Part shown: one piece after another, positions 9,263-18,680 of the stretch
Numbering within the stretch: the first letter of the stretch is position 1
Layout of the letters: every line of letters begins with the position of its first letter
Origin: Gemmatimonadota bacterium
GTDB lineage: Bacteria; Gemmatimonadota; Gemmatimonadetes; Gemmatimonadales; GWC2-71-9
Assembly (NCBI GenBank): GCA_041487875.1
Contig: JBGPOE010000008.1
Span: forward strand, 8,449-72,448
DNA length: 64,000 bases
Direction: 5' to 3'
Program-made: the position numbers and the translations under genes
The notes under the pieces: generated by a model
What the model saw: only the letters and a program-made list of their open reading frames with translations
What the model was told of the DNA's origin: nothing
The model's database searches: none

Positions 9263-10531
9263 ATGCGCGCCTTGATGAGACCGCTCTTGATCCTCAGCGC
9301 CGCGGCGCTCGGCGGCGCCGCTCGCGCTCCCGCTCGAGGGCAAGCACCCGGCGTGCAGTGCGCCAAGTGCCACGCCAACCGGGACTTCATCGCCGGGAAA
9401 GGCCGCCTCGGCCAGCCCGATTCGATGCTGTACGTGCCGGACACCACTCTGGAGCACACCGCGCATGCGTCGCTCACGTGCGCGGCCTGCCATCGCGGCT
9501 ACGACGCCGGCTATCCCCACCACGCCAGTCAGATCGTCGTTCCGTGCCGCACTTGCCACGAGCAGGCCGGGAACGACTGGGATGCGTCCATCCACGCCGC
9601 CAACGCCGCGACCAAGGGCGACGCCCCGAGCTGCGTCGCCTGCCACGGCAATCACCGCATCTACAGCGCCAAAGACCCCCGCTCGCCCACCTATCCGTTG
9701 AACGTTGCGGGGATGTGCGGGCGCTGTCACGGGGACGCGCGCATCATCGGTCGCTACTTCACGGGTCCCGACAAACTGCAGGCGCGGATCGCCACGGTGC
9801 AGTTCCCCAAGAGCGTGCACGGCACGGCGTTGACGGACGCCGGGCTGATCGTGTCGGCCACGTGCAGCGACTGCCACGGCGCGCACAAGATTCTGCCCGC
9901 GGACTCCGCGGCCTCGTCGGTGAACCGCGCGAACATCCCCGCCACCTGCGGGCGTTGCCATGCCGGCATTGCGCAAGTGTTCGACGCGTCCGCCCACAGC
10001 CCCACCTACCCGCGCACGCCGGGCGCGAGCGCGGCAAAGAAGGACCGGCCCGTCTGCTCCGACTGCCATTCGGCGCACGCCATCGTCCGAGCCGATCAGC
10101 CCCGCTGGCTGCTCGGCGTGGTGGCGGAATGCGGGAGCTGTCACGAGCGCGAGTACGAGACCTACTTCGAGACCTACCACGGGCAGGTGACCCAGCTCGG
10201 GTTCGGGCTGGTGGCCAAATGCAGCGACTGCCACACCGCCCACGACATGCGCTCCGTGACCGACCCCAAGTCGACCGTGTACGCGACCAACCTGACGGCC
10301 ACGTGCGGCCGGTGTCATGCAGGCGCGAACGCGGGCTTCGTGAAGTACTACGCACACCCCGATCCGACCAACCTCGGCAAGTATCCCCGGCTGTTCTGGC
10401 CTTGGGCGTTCATGACCGGCCTGTTGGTCAGTGTGATGGCGTTCTTCGCCCTGCATACCGCGCTGTGGCTGATGCGGAGCTTCATCGAGTACCGACGGGC
10501 ACGGCAGCGGGCCCACGGGAGCAAGCCATGA
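9263..10531 (+). CDS. 11-heme cytochrome c with C-terminal TM helix (CbcL-like c-heme half)
   Basis: Signal peptide, 11 CxxCH, YP.LFW..AFMTGLL...FFALHTALW; alternative ATG at 9257. Confidence 0.88.
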   Translation: MRALMRPLLILSAAALGGAARAPARGQAPGVQCAKCHANRDFIAGKGRLGQPDSMLYVPDTTLEHTAHASLTCAACHRGYDAGYPHHASQIVVPCRTCHEQAGNDWDASIHAANAATKGDAPSCVACHGNHRIYSAKDPRSPTYPLNVAGMCGRCHGDARIIGRYFTGPDKLQARIATVQFPKSVHGTALTDAGLIVSATCSDCHGAHKILPADSAASSVNRANIPATCGRCHAGIAQVFDASAHSPTYPRTPGASAAKKDRPVCSDCHSAHAIVRADQPRWLLGVVAECGSCHEREYETYFETYHGQVTQLGFGLVAKCSDCHTAHDMRSVTDPKSTVYATNLTATCGRCHAGANAGFVKYYAHPDPTNLGKYPRLFWPWAFMTGLLVSVMAFFALHTALWLMRSFIEYRRARQRAHGSKP

Positions 10532-11379
10532 CACCACATCCCTTGAACGCGTCCGACCGCGGCGCCGGGCCGTATCTGTGGCGCTTCTCGCCGATCCACC
10601 GCGTGTTGCACGTGCTGATCATCGTGTCGTTCCTCGGGCTGGCCATCACCGGTCTGCCGCTGCGCTTCGCGTACGCCCCCTGGGGGCGGTGGCTCATGCA
10701 ACTGGTGGGCGGCGTCGTCGCCGCGGGATTGATCCACCGGGTCTGCGCGATCATCACCTTCGGCTACTTCTTCGCCCATCTGGCCTATGTCACCAAGCTG
10801 CTGCTGAAGACACCGGACAAGAAGAAGATCTTTTGGGGCCCCGAATCCATCGTGCCCCAGCCGAAAGACCTCTTCGACGTCATCGCCATGTTCAAGTGGT
10901 TCTTCGGCAAGGGACCGCAGCCGCGGTTCGACCGCTTCAGCTACATGGAAAAGTTCGACTACATGGGCGTGTTCTGGGGAGTCGCCATCATCGGCACGTC
11001 GGGACTGTTCCTGTGGTTCCCGACCTTCTTCGCGCGGCTCTTCCCCGGCTGGGTGTTCAACGTCGCCACGATCATTCACGGCGACGAGGCGTTGCTCGCC
11101 ACCAGCTTCATCTTCACCATCCATTTCTTCAACGTGCACTTCCGCCCCGGGAAGTTCCCCATCGACACGGTGATCTTCACCGGGCGGGCGACGACCGACT
11201 ACATGCGGGAGGAGCACCCGCTGGAGTACGAGCGGCTGCAGCGCGACGGGCGCATGAAGGATCTAGTCGCCCCACCGGCCTCCGCCGCCGCGCATCTGTG
11301 GTCCGTGACGATGGGGTTCATTTCCCTGGGCGTCGGCGTCACGGTCATCGTGCTGGTCCTGTGGGCGCTCCTGCATTGA
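10528..11379 (+). CDS. FdnI/HydC-like diheme cytochrome b (CbcL-like b half)
   Basis: ATGA coupling; RFSPIHRVLH, IHRVCA, EKFDYMGVFWG, IHGDEALLA..IHFFNVH. Confidence 0.88.
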   Translation: MTPHPLNASDRGAGPYLWRFSPIHRVLHVLIIVSFLGLAITGLPLRFAYAPWGRWLMQLVGGVVAAGLIHRVCAIITFGYFFAHLAYVTKLLLKTPDKKKIFWGPESIVPQPKDLFDVIAMFKWFFGKGPQPRFDRFSYMEKFDYMGVFWGVAIIGTSGLFLWFPTFFARLFPGWVFNVATIIHGDEALLATSFIFTIHFFNVHFRPGKFPIDTVIFTGRATTDYMREEHPLEYERLQRDGRMKDLVAPPASAAAHLWSVTMGFISLGVGVTVIVLVLWALLH

Positions 11380-12884
11380 GTCCGATCCGGCGGGCGGTAA
11401 CGGCCACCGTGCTGGTCGCGGCGGGCGCGCGTGGGCTCGCGGCCCAGGGCTACCGCCTGCGGCTCGATAACCGCGCGCAATCCGTGTCGTATCGCGGCGT
11501 GACGCTGGACAGTATCCCAGCATCGGACACCGTCACCGGTCCGACCGGCGGGCCCACCACCACCGACGGCTACGCCGTGACCTGCAACGCGGGGAGCGCG
11601 TACTGCACGTTCTATCGCCCTGGACCGATGGTGCACGCGGCGCCGATCTCGAGCACCGCGGACTTCTCCGTCTGGGGCGTGGGTGTCCCCGGGGTGTCGA
11701 TCCGCGGCAGCGTGAGAGGCACCGTACAGACCGGGGACACGGGCTCCTGGCCCGGCACTCATCCCGCGGTGGAGCTGCTCGAGGGGTACGCGCAGTACGC
11801 CACCGAACGCCTGACCGCCCAGCTGGGGCGGCAGGCCGTCGGCACGCGGCTCGGCTTCACCGGGTTCGACGGGGCCCGCGTGATCGTGCGGGACGCGCAC
11901 CGCGGACTGGAGGCCACGGGATACGGCGGCTGGGGACTCGCGCGCGGCGTGGCCCTCCCGGTCACGAGCCCGGCGCTCAACCCGCTCAACGAGTTCCGGC
12001 CCCAGAGCCGCCAGCTGGTGCTCGGCCTGGGTGCGGGGTGGCGTGGGGCGCGCTTCGACGCGCACGTGGACTATCTGCGCGAGGTGGATCCGAGCACCGA
12101 CTACTTCGTCTCCGAGCGCGCCGCCTTCGACCTCGCCGTGCGGCCCGCCGCAGGGTGGAGCTTCATGGGCGGCGCGGACTACGACTTTGCGCAAGGGTTG
12201 TGGGGAAGTGCGGACGCGACGCTGCGCTACGAAGCGCCGACCGGCCGGGTGGCCGCCGCCATCGGCGCGCGCCGCTATCGCCCGCATTTCGATCTGTGGA
12301 CGATCTGGGGCGCATTCAGCCCCGTGCCCTACCGCGCGCTGGACTTTTCCATCGCCGCGTCACCGCTTCCGTCCCTGCGCCTCCGTGCGAACGGGGAGCG
12401 CTACCGCTACGACGACGCGGCCGCGTCGACGCCGCTCTTCCAGGCGGAGACCGAGGGCTGGCGCGTTGGCTGGGGCGCAAACTACAGCCTCGCGCCGCGC
12501 TGGGTTTTCGACGCGGGCTACCACGCCGAGTTCGGCCCGGGCGCCGCGTCGCGCGGCTTCGATGCCACCGTCCGATACGCCGCCCTCGACCGGCTCGACC
12601 TCAGCGCCTACGGATCCACGCTCGACCGCCCCCTCGAGTTCCGGTTCGACCAGTCCTCCGTTCGCGCGTTCGGTTTTTCGGCCGATGCGCGGCCCGCTCC
12701 CTCGGTGCGCGTCCAGCTCGGCGGCGGCCGCTACGCCGAGGATCGCCAGCGTCCGGACGCGGCGGCGTTCAGCTGGAATCAGCTGCGCCTGGACCTGCGC
12801 GTGATTCTCCTGTTCGGCAGCAGCGCGGACTTGTCGGGCGTTCCACCCGCCGTTCGGGGCATGCCCCAGTCGGGGAAGCCGTGA
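11376..12884 (+). CDS. Putative outer-membrane beta-barrel (porin of a porin-cytochrome conduit)
   Basis: TTG start overlapping the upstream stop; signal peptide ending LAAQ; many alternating amphipathic Tyr/Trp/Gly-rich strands; no heme motif; coupled to a 16-heme gene. Confidence 0.75.
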   Translation: MSPIRRAVTATVLVAAGARGLAAQGYRLRLDNRAQSVSYRGVTLDSIPASDTVTGPTGGPTTTDGYAVTCNAGSAYCTFYRPGPMVHAAPISSTADFSVWGVGVPGVSIRGSVRGTVQTGDTGSWPGTHPAVELLEGYAQYATERLTAQLGRQAVGTRLGFTGFDGARVIVRDAHRGLEATGYGGWGLARGVALPVTSPALNPLNEFRPQSRQLVLGLGAGWRGARFDAHVDYLREVDPSTDYFVSERAAFDLAVRPAAGWSFMGGADYDFAQGLWGSADATLRYEAPTGRVAAAIGARRYRPHFDLWTIWGAFSPVPYRALDFSIAASPLPSLRLRANGERYRYDDAAASTPLFQAETEGWRVGWGANYSLAPRWVFDAGYHAEFGPGAASRGFDATVRYAALDRLDLSAYGSTLDRPLEFRFDQSSVRAFGFSADARPAPSVRVQLGGGRYAEDRQRPDAAAFSWNQLRLDLRVILLFGSSADLSGVPPAVRGMPQSGKP

Positions 12885-14308
12885 GGACCGTCCGCCTGGC
12901 GGCGCTCGTGGTGCTCTGCGCGGTGTGGCGCGTGGCGGCGCAGCAGCCCGCGCCGGCGTTCGACCACCTGAAGCACGCCAAGGTCTTTCCGTCGTGCACT
13001 GTCTGTCACGCCGGCGCCGCCGAGCCGGGCGCGGCGCTCTACCCCGACTCGGGGGCGTGCGCGACGTGCCACGACGGCACCATCCAGAAGCGCGTCTCCT
13101 GGTGGCCACCCGCGGCACCCCGCGCGACCAACCTCCGCTTCGAGCACGCAGCCCACGCCGAGGGCGCGGGCCGGCGCGCCCCCGCTGCCGGGGCCGCGCC
13201 GCCGGCTTGTGTCGCGTGCCACATCGCGAACGGTGCCGCGTGGATGACGGTCCAGCGCGCCGTGGTCCCGCAATGTCTCGCCTGTCACGGCATCCAGACG
13301 GCGCACCTGGCCGCCCCGGATACCGCTTGCGCCACGTGCCATTTCCCGCTCGCGGAAGCAAGCGCGCTCACGGCGACGGAGGTAGCGGCCTTCGAGGCGC
13401 CGCCGTCGCATCGCGACAGCGCGTTCGCGCACGGCGCGGTGCACGGTGCCGCCGCACGTGCGGGCACACCGGTCGCGGCGAGCTGCGCCACGTGCCATGC
13501 CCGCGAGTTCTGCCTGCAGTGTCACGTGGATGCGCCGGAGCAAGCCAGCATCGCTGCCCTGGCGCGCGATCCACGCGCCACTGCGATTCGCGCGCGCCTC
13601 GCGGCCCCCGCCACCCACGCCGACCTCGCGTTCCTGTCCGGGCACGGAGCCGCCGCCCGGGCCACTCCGGGCGCGTGCGCCACGTGCCATACGCGAGAAA
13701 GCTGCCTCACCTGCCATGCAGGAACGGTACGGGTGGCGGCGGCGATGCACCCGGCTGGTCCCGACCGCGGCGCCGGTGCCGTGATCGTCCGGCGGCGGCC
13801 GCCGTCGCACGGGACCGACTTCGTGCGCCGCCACAAGGTCTCCGCCGCCACCGCGGCCGCAACCTGCGCGTCGTGCCACACCCGCAGCGATTGCCTCGAG
13901 TGTCACCGGCCCGACGCCGCCCGCGCCTCGGGCTACCACCCGGTGGGTTTCCTCGCGCGACACCCCGCGGCCGCTTACAACCGCGAGACGTCCTGCGGCG
14001 ACTGCCACAACACCGCGGGCTTCTGCACGTCGTGTCATGTCCGCGCCGGCGTGGTGGCCCGCGGCCGGCTGCGCTCCGGGTATCACGACGCCAGCGCCGC
14101 CTTCATCGTGGGACACGGCCCCGCCGCGCGCCAGAACCTCGAATCCTGCGTGTCGTGCCACGTCGAGCGTGACTGCCTCACCTGCCACTCCGCGGTGGGC
14201 GGCCGCCACTTCGATCCTCACGGCCCGGGGTTCGACCCCAACCGCATGATTCGCAAGAACCCCGAGATGTGCACCGCCTGCCACGGCCGGAGCATTCCCA
14301 CCCGCTAA
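12881..14308 (+). CDS. 16-heme periplasmic cytochrome c
   Basis: GTGA overlap; signal peptide ending VAAQ; 16 CxxCH, C-terminal half built of repeated H..AA..CxxCH-x4/5-CxxCH units. Confidence 0.9.
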   Translation: MRTVRLAALVVLCAVWRVAAQQPAPAFDHLKHAKVFPSCTVCHAGAAEPGAALYPDSGACATCHDGTIQKRVSWWPPAAPRATNLRFEHAAHAEGAGRRAPAAGAAPPACVACHIANGAAWMTVQRAVVPQCLACHGIQTAHLAAPDTACATCHFPLAEASALTATEVAAFEAPPSHRDSAFAHGAVHGAAARAGTPVAASCATCHAREFCLQCHVDAPEQASIAALARDPRATAIRARLAAPATHADLAFLSGHGAAARATPGACATCHTRESCLTCHAGTVRVAAAMHPAGPDRGAGAVIVRRRPPSHGTDFVRRHKVSAATAAATCASCHTRSDCLECHRPDAARASGYHPVGFLARHPAAAYNRETSCGDCHNTAGFCTSCHVRAGVVARGRLRSGYHDASAAFIVGHGPAARQNLESCVSCHVERDCLTCHSAVGGRHFDPHGPGFDPNRMIRKNPEMCTACHGRSIPTR

Positions 14309-14391
14309 GCGGGTCGCATCGCTGCGCTGTGAGCATTCCTTAACGTCTCGCTCAGGATTTATTTCGGCCGCGGGACGTATGCTTTCTGCGG

Positions 14392-16383
14392 ATGAGAATC
14401 GTTCCCAACAACACACCCGCCTGCCACGGTACCGCGACGGCCGCTGCCCCCGCCGACGGCCGTCTGCGCGTGGCGCTCGTGGGCGCGCCCAACGTGGGCA
14501 AGAGCGCGCTGTTCAATCGCCTCACCGGCCGCTACGTCACCGTCTCCAACTATCCCGGCACGTCGGTGGAGATTTCCCGGGGCGCGGGGGAGCTCGACGG
14601 CGAGCCCGTAGACGTGCTGGACACGCCGGGCATGTATTCGCTGCTGCCGTGCACCGAGGAAGAGCGCGTCGCCCGCCAGGTGCTGCTCGAGGGCCAGGCT
14701 GACGTGCTGGTGCACGTGGTGGACGCGAAGAACCTGCCGCGCATGCTGCCGCTCACGCTGCAGCTCGCCGAGACCGGGCGGCCGCTGGTGCTGGCGCTCA
14801 ACATGATGGACGAGGCGGCGCGCCTCGGGCTGGACGTGGCCGTGGCGCCGCTCGCGCAGCGGCTGGGGCTCGAGGTAGTGCCGATCGTCGCCGTGGAGGG
14901 CAGGGGCCTGGTGGAGCTGGGCCGCGCCGTGCGGCGCGCCCGCGGGCGGGTGCCGTTGGCGCCGGTCTACGGCGACGGCGTGGGCGCGGCCATTCACGCG
15001 CTGTCGGGATGCCTCGGCGGCCGCTATCCCGTGAGCCCGGCCGCGATGGCCGCCCTGCTGCTGCAGGGCGACGCCGATGCGCAAGCGCTGGCGCGCGCGG
15101 CCGAGCCTGATGGCGGGCGTGTTGCGCTCGCGGCCGCGGCCGCCGGGGCCGCCGGGCTGGGCGCGCCCGTCCCGTACCGCGTCGCGGTCGAGCGGCAGCG
15201 CGCGGCGGACGTCGCGCTCGCCGGGATCATGACGCGGCGCGGCGGCCGCCACGCGGCGTTCCAAGAGCGACTCGGCCGCCTCCTGGCGCGGCCGCTCACC
15301 GGCGTGCCGGTGCTGCTGCTCGTGCTGTATTTCGGCTTGTACAAGTTCGTCGGTCAATTCGGCGCGGGCACGCTGGTGAACGCCCTCGAGCACGGCGTGT
15401 TCGAGCAGCACGTCAATCCCTTCTTCGAGCATGTGTTCGCGGGGTTACCGTGGCCATGGCTGCGCGGCTTGTTCGTGGGCGACTACGGCGTGCTCACGCT
15501 CGGGCTGCGCTATGCCGTGGCGATCATCCTGCCGGTCGTGGGCGCATTCTTCCTGTTCTTCTCCGTGCTCGAGGATTCGGGCTACTTCCCGCGGCTGGCG
15601 CTGCTCGTGGACCGCGGCTTCAAGCGCCTCGGGTTGTCCGGCCGCGCGGTGATTCCGATCGTGCTGGGATTCGCCTGCGACACGATGGCCACGATGGTGA
15701 CGCGCACGCTGGAAACGCGGCGCGAGCGCGTGCTCGCGACCCTGTTGCTCGCGCTCGCGATCCCATGCTCCGCGCAGCTCGGCGTGATTCTGGCGCTGCT
15801 CGCGGGGCAGCCGCTCGCCCTCGGCGTGTGGGCGGGTGTCGTCCTCGGCACGTTCGTGATCGTGGGGGCAATCGCCGCGCGGGTCGTACCGGGGGAGACC
15901 GCGCACTTCCACATGGAGCTGCCGCCGCTGCGCCGGCCGCGGCTCGGCAACGTGCTGACCAAGACCGCGGCGCGCATGCAATGGTACTTCCTCGAAGTAC
16001 TGCCGCTGTTTCTGTTCGCGAGCGTGCTGCTGTGGCTGGGCGAGCTCACGGGCGCGTTCGCCGTCCTTGTGCGCGTGCTGCAGCCGGTCGTGGCGGCGCT
16101 CGGCCTGCCGGCGGAAACCGCGCGCGTGTTCCTGTTCGGGTTCTTCCGGCGCGACTACGGTGTGGCCGGGTTGTTCGACATGAGCCGTCACGGCGTGCTC
16201 GACGCCGGGCAGATCGCCGTGGCCGCCGTGACGCTCACGCTGTTCGTACCGTGCGTGGCGCAATTCCTGATGATGGTGCGGGAGCGGGGCTGGCGCACGG
16301 CGCTCGGCATGTTCGCCTTCATCACGCCGTTCGCGTTCGGTGTCGGGCTCCTGGTCCACGTGGCGCTGCGGAGCTTGAGATGA
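14392..16383 (+). CDS. feoB: Ferrous iron transporter FeoB
   Basis: GAPNVGKS, VSNYPGTSV, DTPGMYSL, NMMDE, LEDSGY.PR, IPCSAQ, FHMELPP. Confidence 0.96.
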   Translation: MRIVPNNTPACHGTATAAAPADGRLRVALVGAPNVGKSALFNRLTGRYVTVSNYPGTSVEISRGAGELDGEPVDVLDTPGMYSLLPCTEEERVARQVLLEGQADVLVHVVDAKNLPRMLPLTLQLAETGRPLVLALNMMDEAARLGLDVAVAPLAQRLGLEVVPIVAVEGRGLVELGRAVRRARGRVPLAPVYGDGVGAAIHALSGCLGGRYPVSPAAMAALLLQGDADAQALARAAEPDGGRVALAAAAAGAAGLGAPVPYRVAVERQRAADVALAGIMTRRGGRHAAFQERLGRLLARPLTGVPVLLLVLYFGLYKFVGQFGAGTLVNALEHGVFEQHVNPFFEHVFAGLPWPWLRGLFVGDYGVLTLGLRYAVAIILPVVGAFFLFFSVLEDSGYFPRLALLVDRGFKRLGLSGRAVIPIVLGFACDTMATMVTRTLETRRERVLATLLLALAIPCSAQLGVILALLAGQPLALGVWAGVVLGTFVIVGAIAARVVPGETAHFHMELPPLRRPRLGNVLTKTAARMQWYFLEVLPLFLFASVLLWLGELTGAFAVLVRVLQPVVAALGLPAETARVFLFGFFRRDYGVAGLFDMSRHGVLDAGQIAVAAVTLTLFVPCVAQFLMMVRERGWRTALGMFAFITPFAFGVGLLVHVALRSLR

Positions 16384-16577
16384 CGCGCGCCGCCGTTCGC
16401 GCGATCCCCTGCGGGTTCTGCGGCGAGGAGTTCCTGGAAGACCGAAGCCAGCCCGCCTGCCGCGCCTGCCCGCTCACCGGCCTGTGCCGCACGGTGCGGT
16501 GCCCGCACTGCGGGTACGAGAACCCCCTCACGCCCGGCTGGATCGAGCGGCTGGGGCGGCTGGTGGGCGTCGCGTGA
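16380..16577 (+). CDS. Small Cys-rich Feo-associated protein (7 Cys)
   Basis: ATGA/GTGA overlaps on both sides; CGFC..CRACPLTGLC..RCPHCGY. Confidence 0.75.
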   Translation: MTRAAVRAIPCGFCGEEFLEDRSQPACRACPLTGLCRTVRCPHCGYENPLTPGWIERLGRLVGVA

Positions 16578-16909
16578 GCCCGGTGCGTCGGCTGCTGCGT
16601 GCACTCGTGGGCGTGGACGACGACTGCCCGGGCGGGCCCGCGCCCGTGTTCTCACCGCGCTGTGGCGCCGTGGACTGCGATGCAGTGCCGCTCACGGCGC
16701 TGGCGGAAGGAGAGAGCGCGACGGTCACGTGCCTGGAAGACGCCGGCGGTGCGCCTGCGTCCCGGCTCGCCGCGCTGGGAGTGCTCCCCGGCGCGGTGCT
16801 GGTGATGCTGCAGTGCACGCCTGCCTACGTGTTCCGGCTGGGCCATGCGGAGCTCGCGGTGGATGCGGAGTTGGCGTGCCGGATCCGGGTGCGGCGCCCC
16901 AACGGGTGA
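16574..16909 (+). CDS. feoA: FeoA family protein
   Basis: PLTALAEGESATV..RLAALGVLPG..ELAVDAELACRIRV, SH3-like FeoA pattern. Confidence 0.85.
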   Translation: MSPVRRLLRALVGVDDDCPGGPAPVFSPRCGAVDCDAVPLTALAEGESATVTCLEDAGGAPASRLAALGVLPGAVLVMLQCTPAYVFRLGHAELAVDAELACRIRVRRPNG

Positions 16910-17178
16910 GGCCGGACTCACGCGCGATTCACGCCCGTTTCACGGGCCTCGTGGCAGATTGATCGCGGCCGCTCGGGAGGGCGGCCAGTGCGGGACCCGC
17001 CCCTGAGAAGGGGCCGGCGCGTGACGCGCCGCCGCTCGTTTGGTCCGCACCGCATCGCCGGCCGCACGTTCACCGGCACAGCCCGGTACAAGAACGCGAA
17101 ACTCAGGCGTAAGGCGCGGTGGGACATCGCCCGGTCAACGTGATCCGGCGGAAGTGAACGCGCGGAACAAATGTTCTC

Positions 17179-17218
17179 CGGCCCCCGGTCTCGAAGACAA
17201 AATGGAGATCGGGGGCCG
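17179..17218. terminator. Hairpin between convergent feoA and nitroreductase
   Basis: CGGCCCCCGGTCTC / GAGATCGGGGGCCG inverted repeat (13 of 14 pairs Watson-Crick, one G-U). Confidence 0.55.
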
Positions 17219-17235
17219 AATTGTGTCCGCTGTGG

Positions 17236-18264
17236 TCAGGGAATCTCGACGTCCGCGACGGGCCGCCGCGGGGTAGCCCGCACTCTCCGGCCATACCCGA
17301 GGCGGATCAGCAGCTGGGGAACGCGCTCCTCACCGATCAGCACCTGGAGCTGCCGCCGCAGCTCGGGCACTTCGATCGGCTGATTCAAGAAGGACGCGGA
17401 CACGCCCTCGACTTCCGCGCGCAGCAGCACTCGCGCGAGCGCCTGTCCCGCGGCCAGCCAGTCGCCCGGCGTATCGCCGGGCGTGGTGAAGACGGCGAGG
17501 ACCGGCGAGCCCCGGACGAGGGCTTCGTGCTCGGCCGCCTGACCGCGGCCCACGTCGAACGTGCGGATCGCGAGCGGCGCGGTGAGGCTGGCAACCTCGC
17601 CGAGGCCGAGCGCGTAGCCGGGCATCCCATCGCGGCTGCGGGTGCGGTTGGGGTGCATCCAGGCGGCGAGCTCGCGGCGGAACGGCCGGTCGGCGAGCTG
17701 AATGCGATCGGCCCGGGCCACGAGGTCGGCGATCGCGTCCCGTGTCACATCGGTGCGCAGCACGCCCAACGTCGCGCCCTCGAGGCGGGCGGCGCGCTCC
17801 AGCATCTGCAGCAGCGTCTCGGGGATGGCCTTTGGGGCGAACGGGAAGCGAAACGTGCGCCGGCGGCCGATCGCCTGGAACAAAGCGCGCTCCTCGTCGC
17901 TCGGATCGTACCCGTCTTTGACCTGCACACGCGCCAAGAGATCGGGCTGCGCCGGATCGGGGAGCGGCAGCGTGGCTTCGGCGCAGCCAAAGTTGCGCAG
18001 GGCCGCCCGGAGATTGAACAGCGCGGCGCCGCAGCTGATCACGAGCTCGCGGTCCTGCGGGTCCACCACAGGCAAGGCGCGCGAGCGGTCGGCGTGCAAC
18101 TCGATCCCCGTGTGGAGCACCCGGAACAACCACGGCTGCGAATTGTGGCTCGAGGGCGCCAGGATGGCGTACTTCAGCGCGGCGCGGGCCTTGGCCTCGG
18201 ACGTCCCCGTCAGCGGGAATTCGTCCAACGCTTCGACGTAGGGCTGTAGCAGAGAGTCGGCCAT
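17236..18264 (-). CDS. Acg-family FMN-binding nitroreductase-like protein
   Basis: AILAPSSHNSQPW, DPQDRELVISCGAALFNL, NQPIE, PQLLIRLGYG. Confidence 0.9.
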   Translation of the reverse strand: MADSLLQPYVEALDEFPLTGTSEAKARAALKYAILAPSSHNSQPWLFRVLHTGIELHADRSRALPVVDPQDRELVISCGAALFNLRAALRNFGCAEATLPLPDPAQPDLLARVQVKDGYDPSDEERALFQAIGRRRTFRFPFAPKAIPETLLQMLERAARLEGATLGVLRTDVTRDAIADLVARADRIQLADRPFRRELAAWMHPNRTRSRDGMPGYALGLGEVASLTAPLAIRTFDVGRGQAAEHEALVRGSPVLAVFTTPGDTPGDWLAAGQALARVLLRAEVEGVSASFLNQPIEVPELRRQLQVLIGEERVPQLLIRLGYGRRVRATPRRPVADVEIP

Positions 18265-18283
18265 GGCGGATTGCTCAGGCGCG

Positions 18284-18496
18284 CTACAGCGGATCCTGGC
18301 GCGTCGACGTCCCCACGAGCAGATACAGCGGACAGATGCGGGTCAGCGCGGTGCCGAGAAATACGAGAGCCAAGAACCCTGCGCCCAGGGCCAGGACCGG
18401 CCGTTGGTTGAAGATCGCGGCGGCGGCCAGCAGCACGATTCCCAAGAGCCCCCGCACCGCGGCGTCGACGCCCCCCACGTTCCGATTAGCAGGCAT
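18284..18496 (-). CDS. DUF2892/YgaP-family membrane protein
   Basis: NVGGVD..VR..LG...CPLY.LVGTST. Confidence 0.85.
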   Translation of the reverse strand: MPANRNVGGVDAAVRGLLGIVLLAAAAIFNQRPVLALGAGFLALVFLGTALTRICPLYLLVGTSTRQDPL

Positions 18497-18680
18497 AGTC
18501 CATTCCTGGAGTCTCATGCCTGGCAATCTCGGGCCCTCCAGGTGAAGCCACGCGAAATGGGATGTGAAGATCACCTGATATACGGGTGACGCGAGGGCGT
18601 GGGCCGTCTCACCCCTGCTTCACCGCCACATCACGCCACGGGCGCCAGCTTTCGCACGCAGTCCAGCCTTAGGAGGGCAC

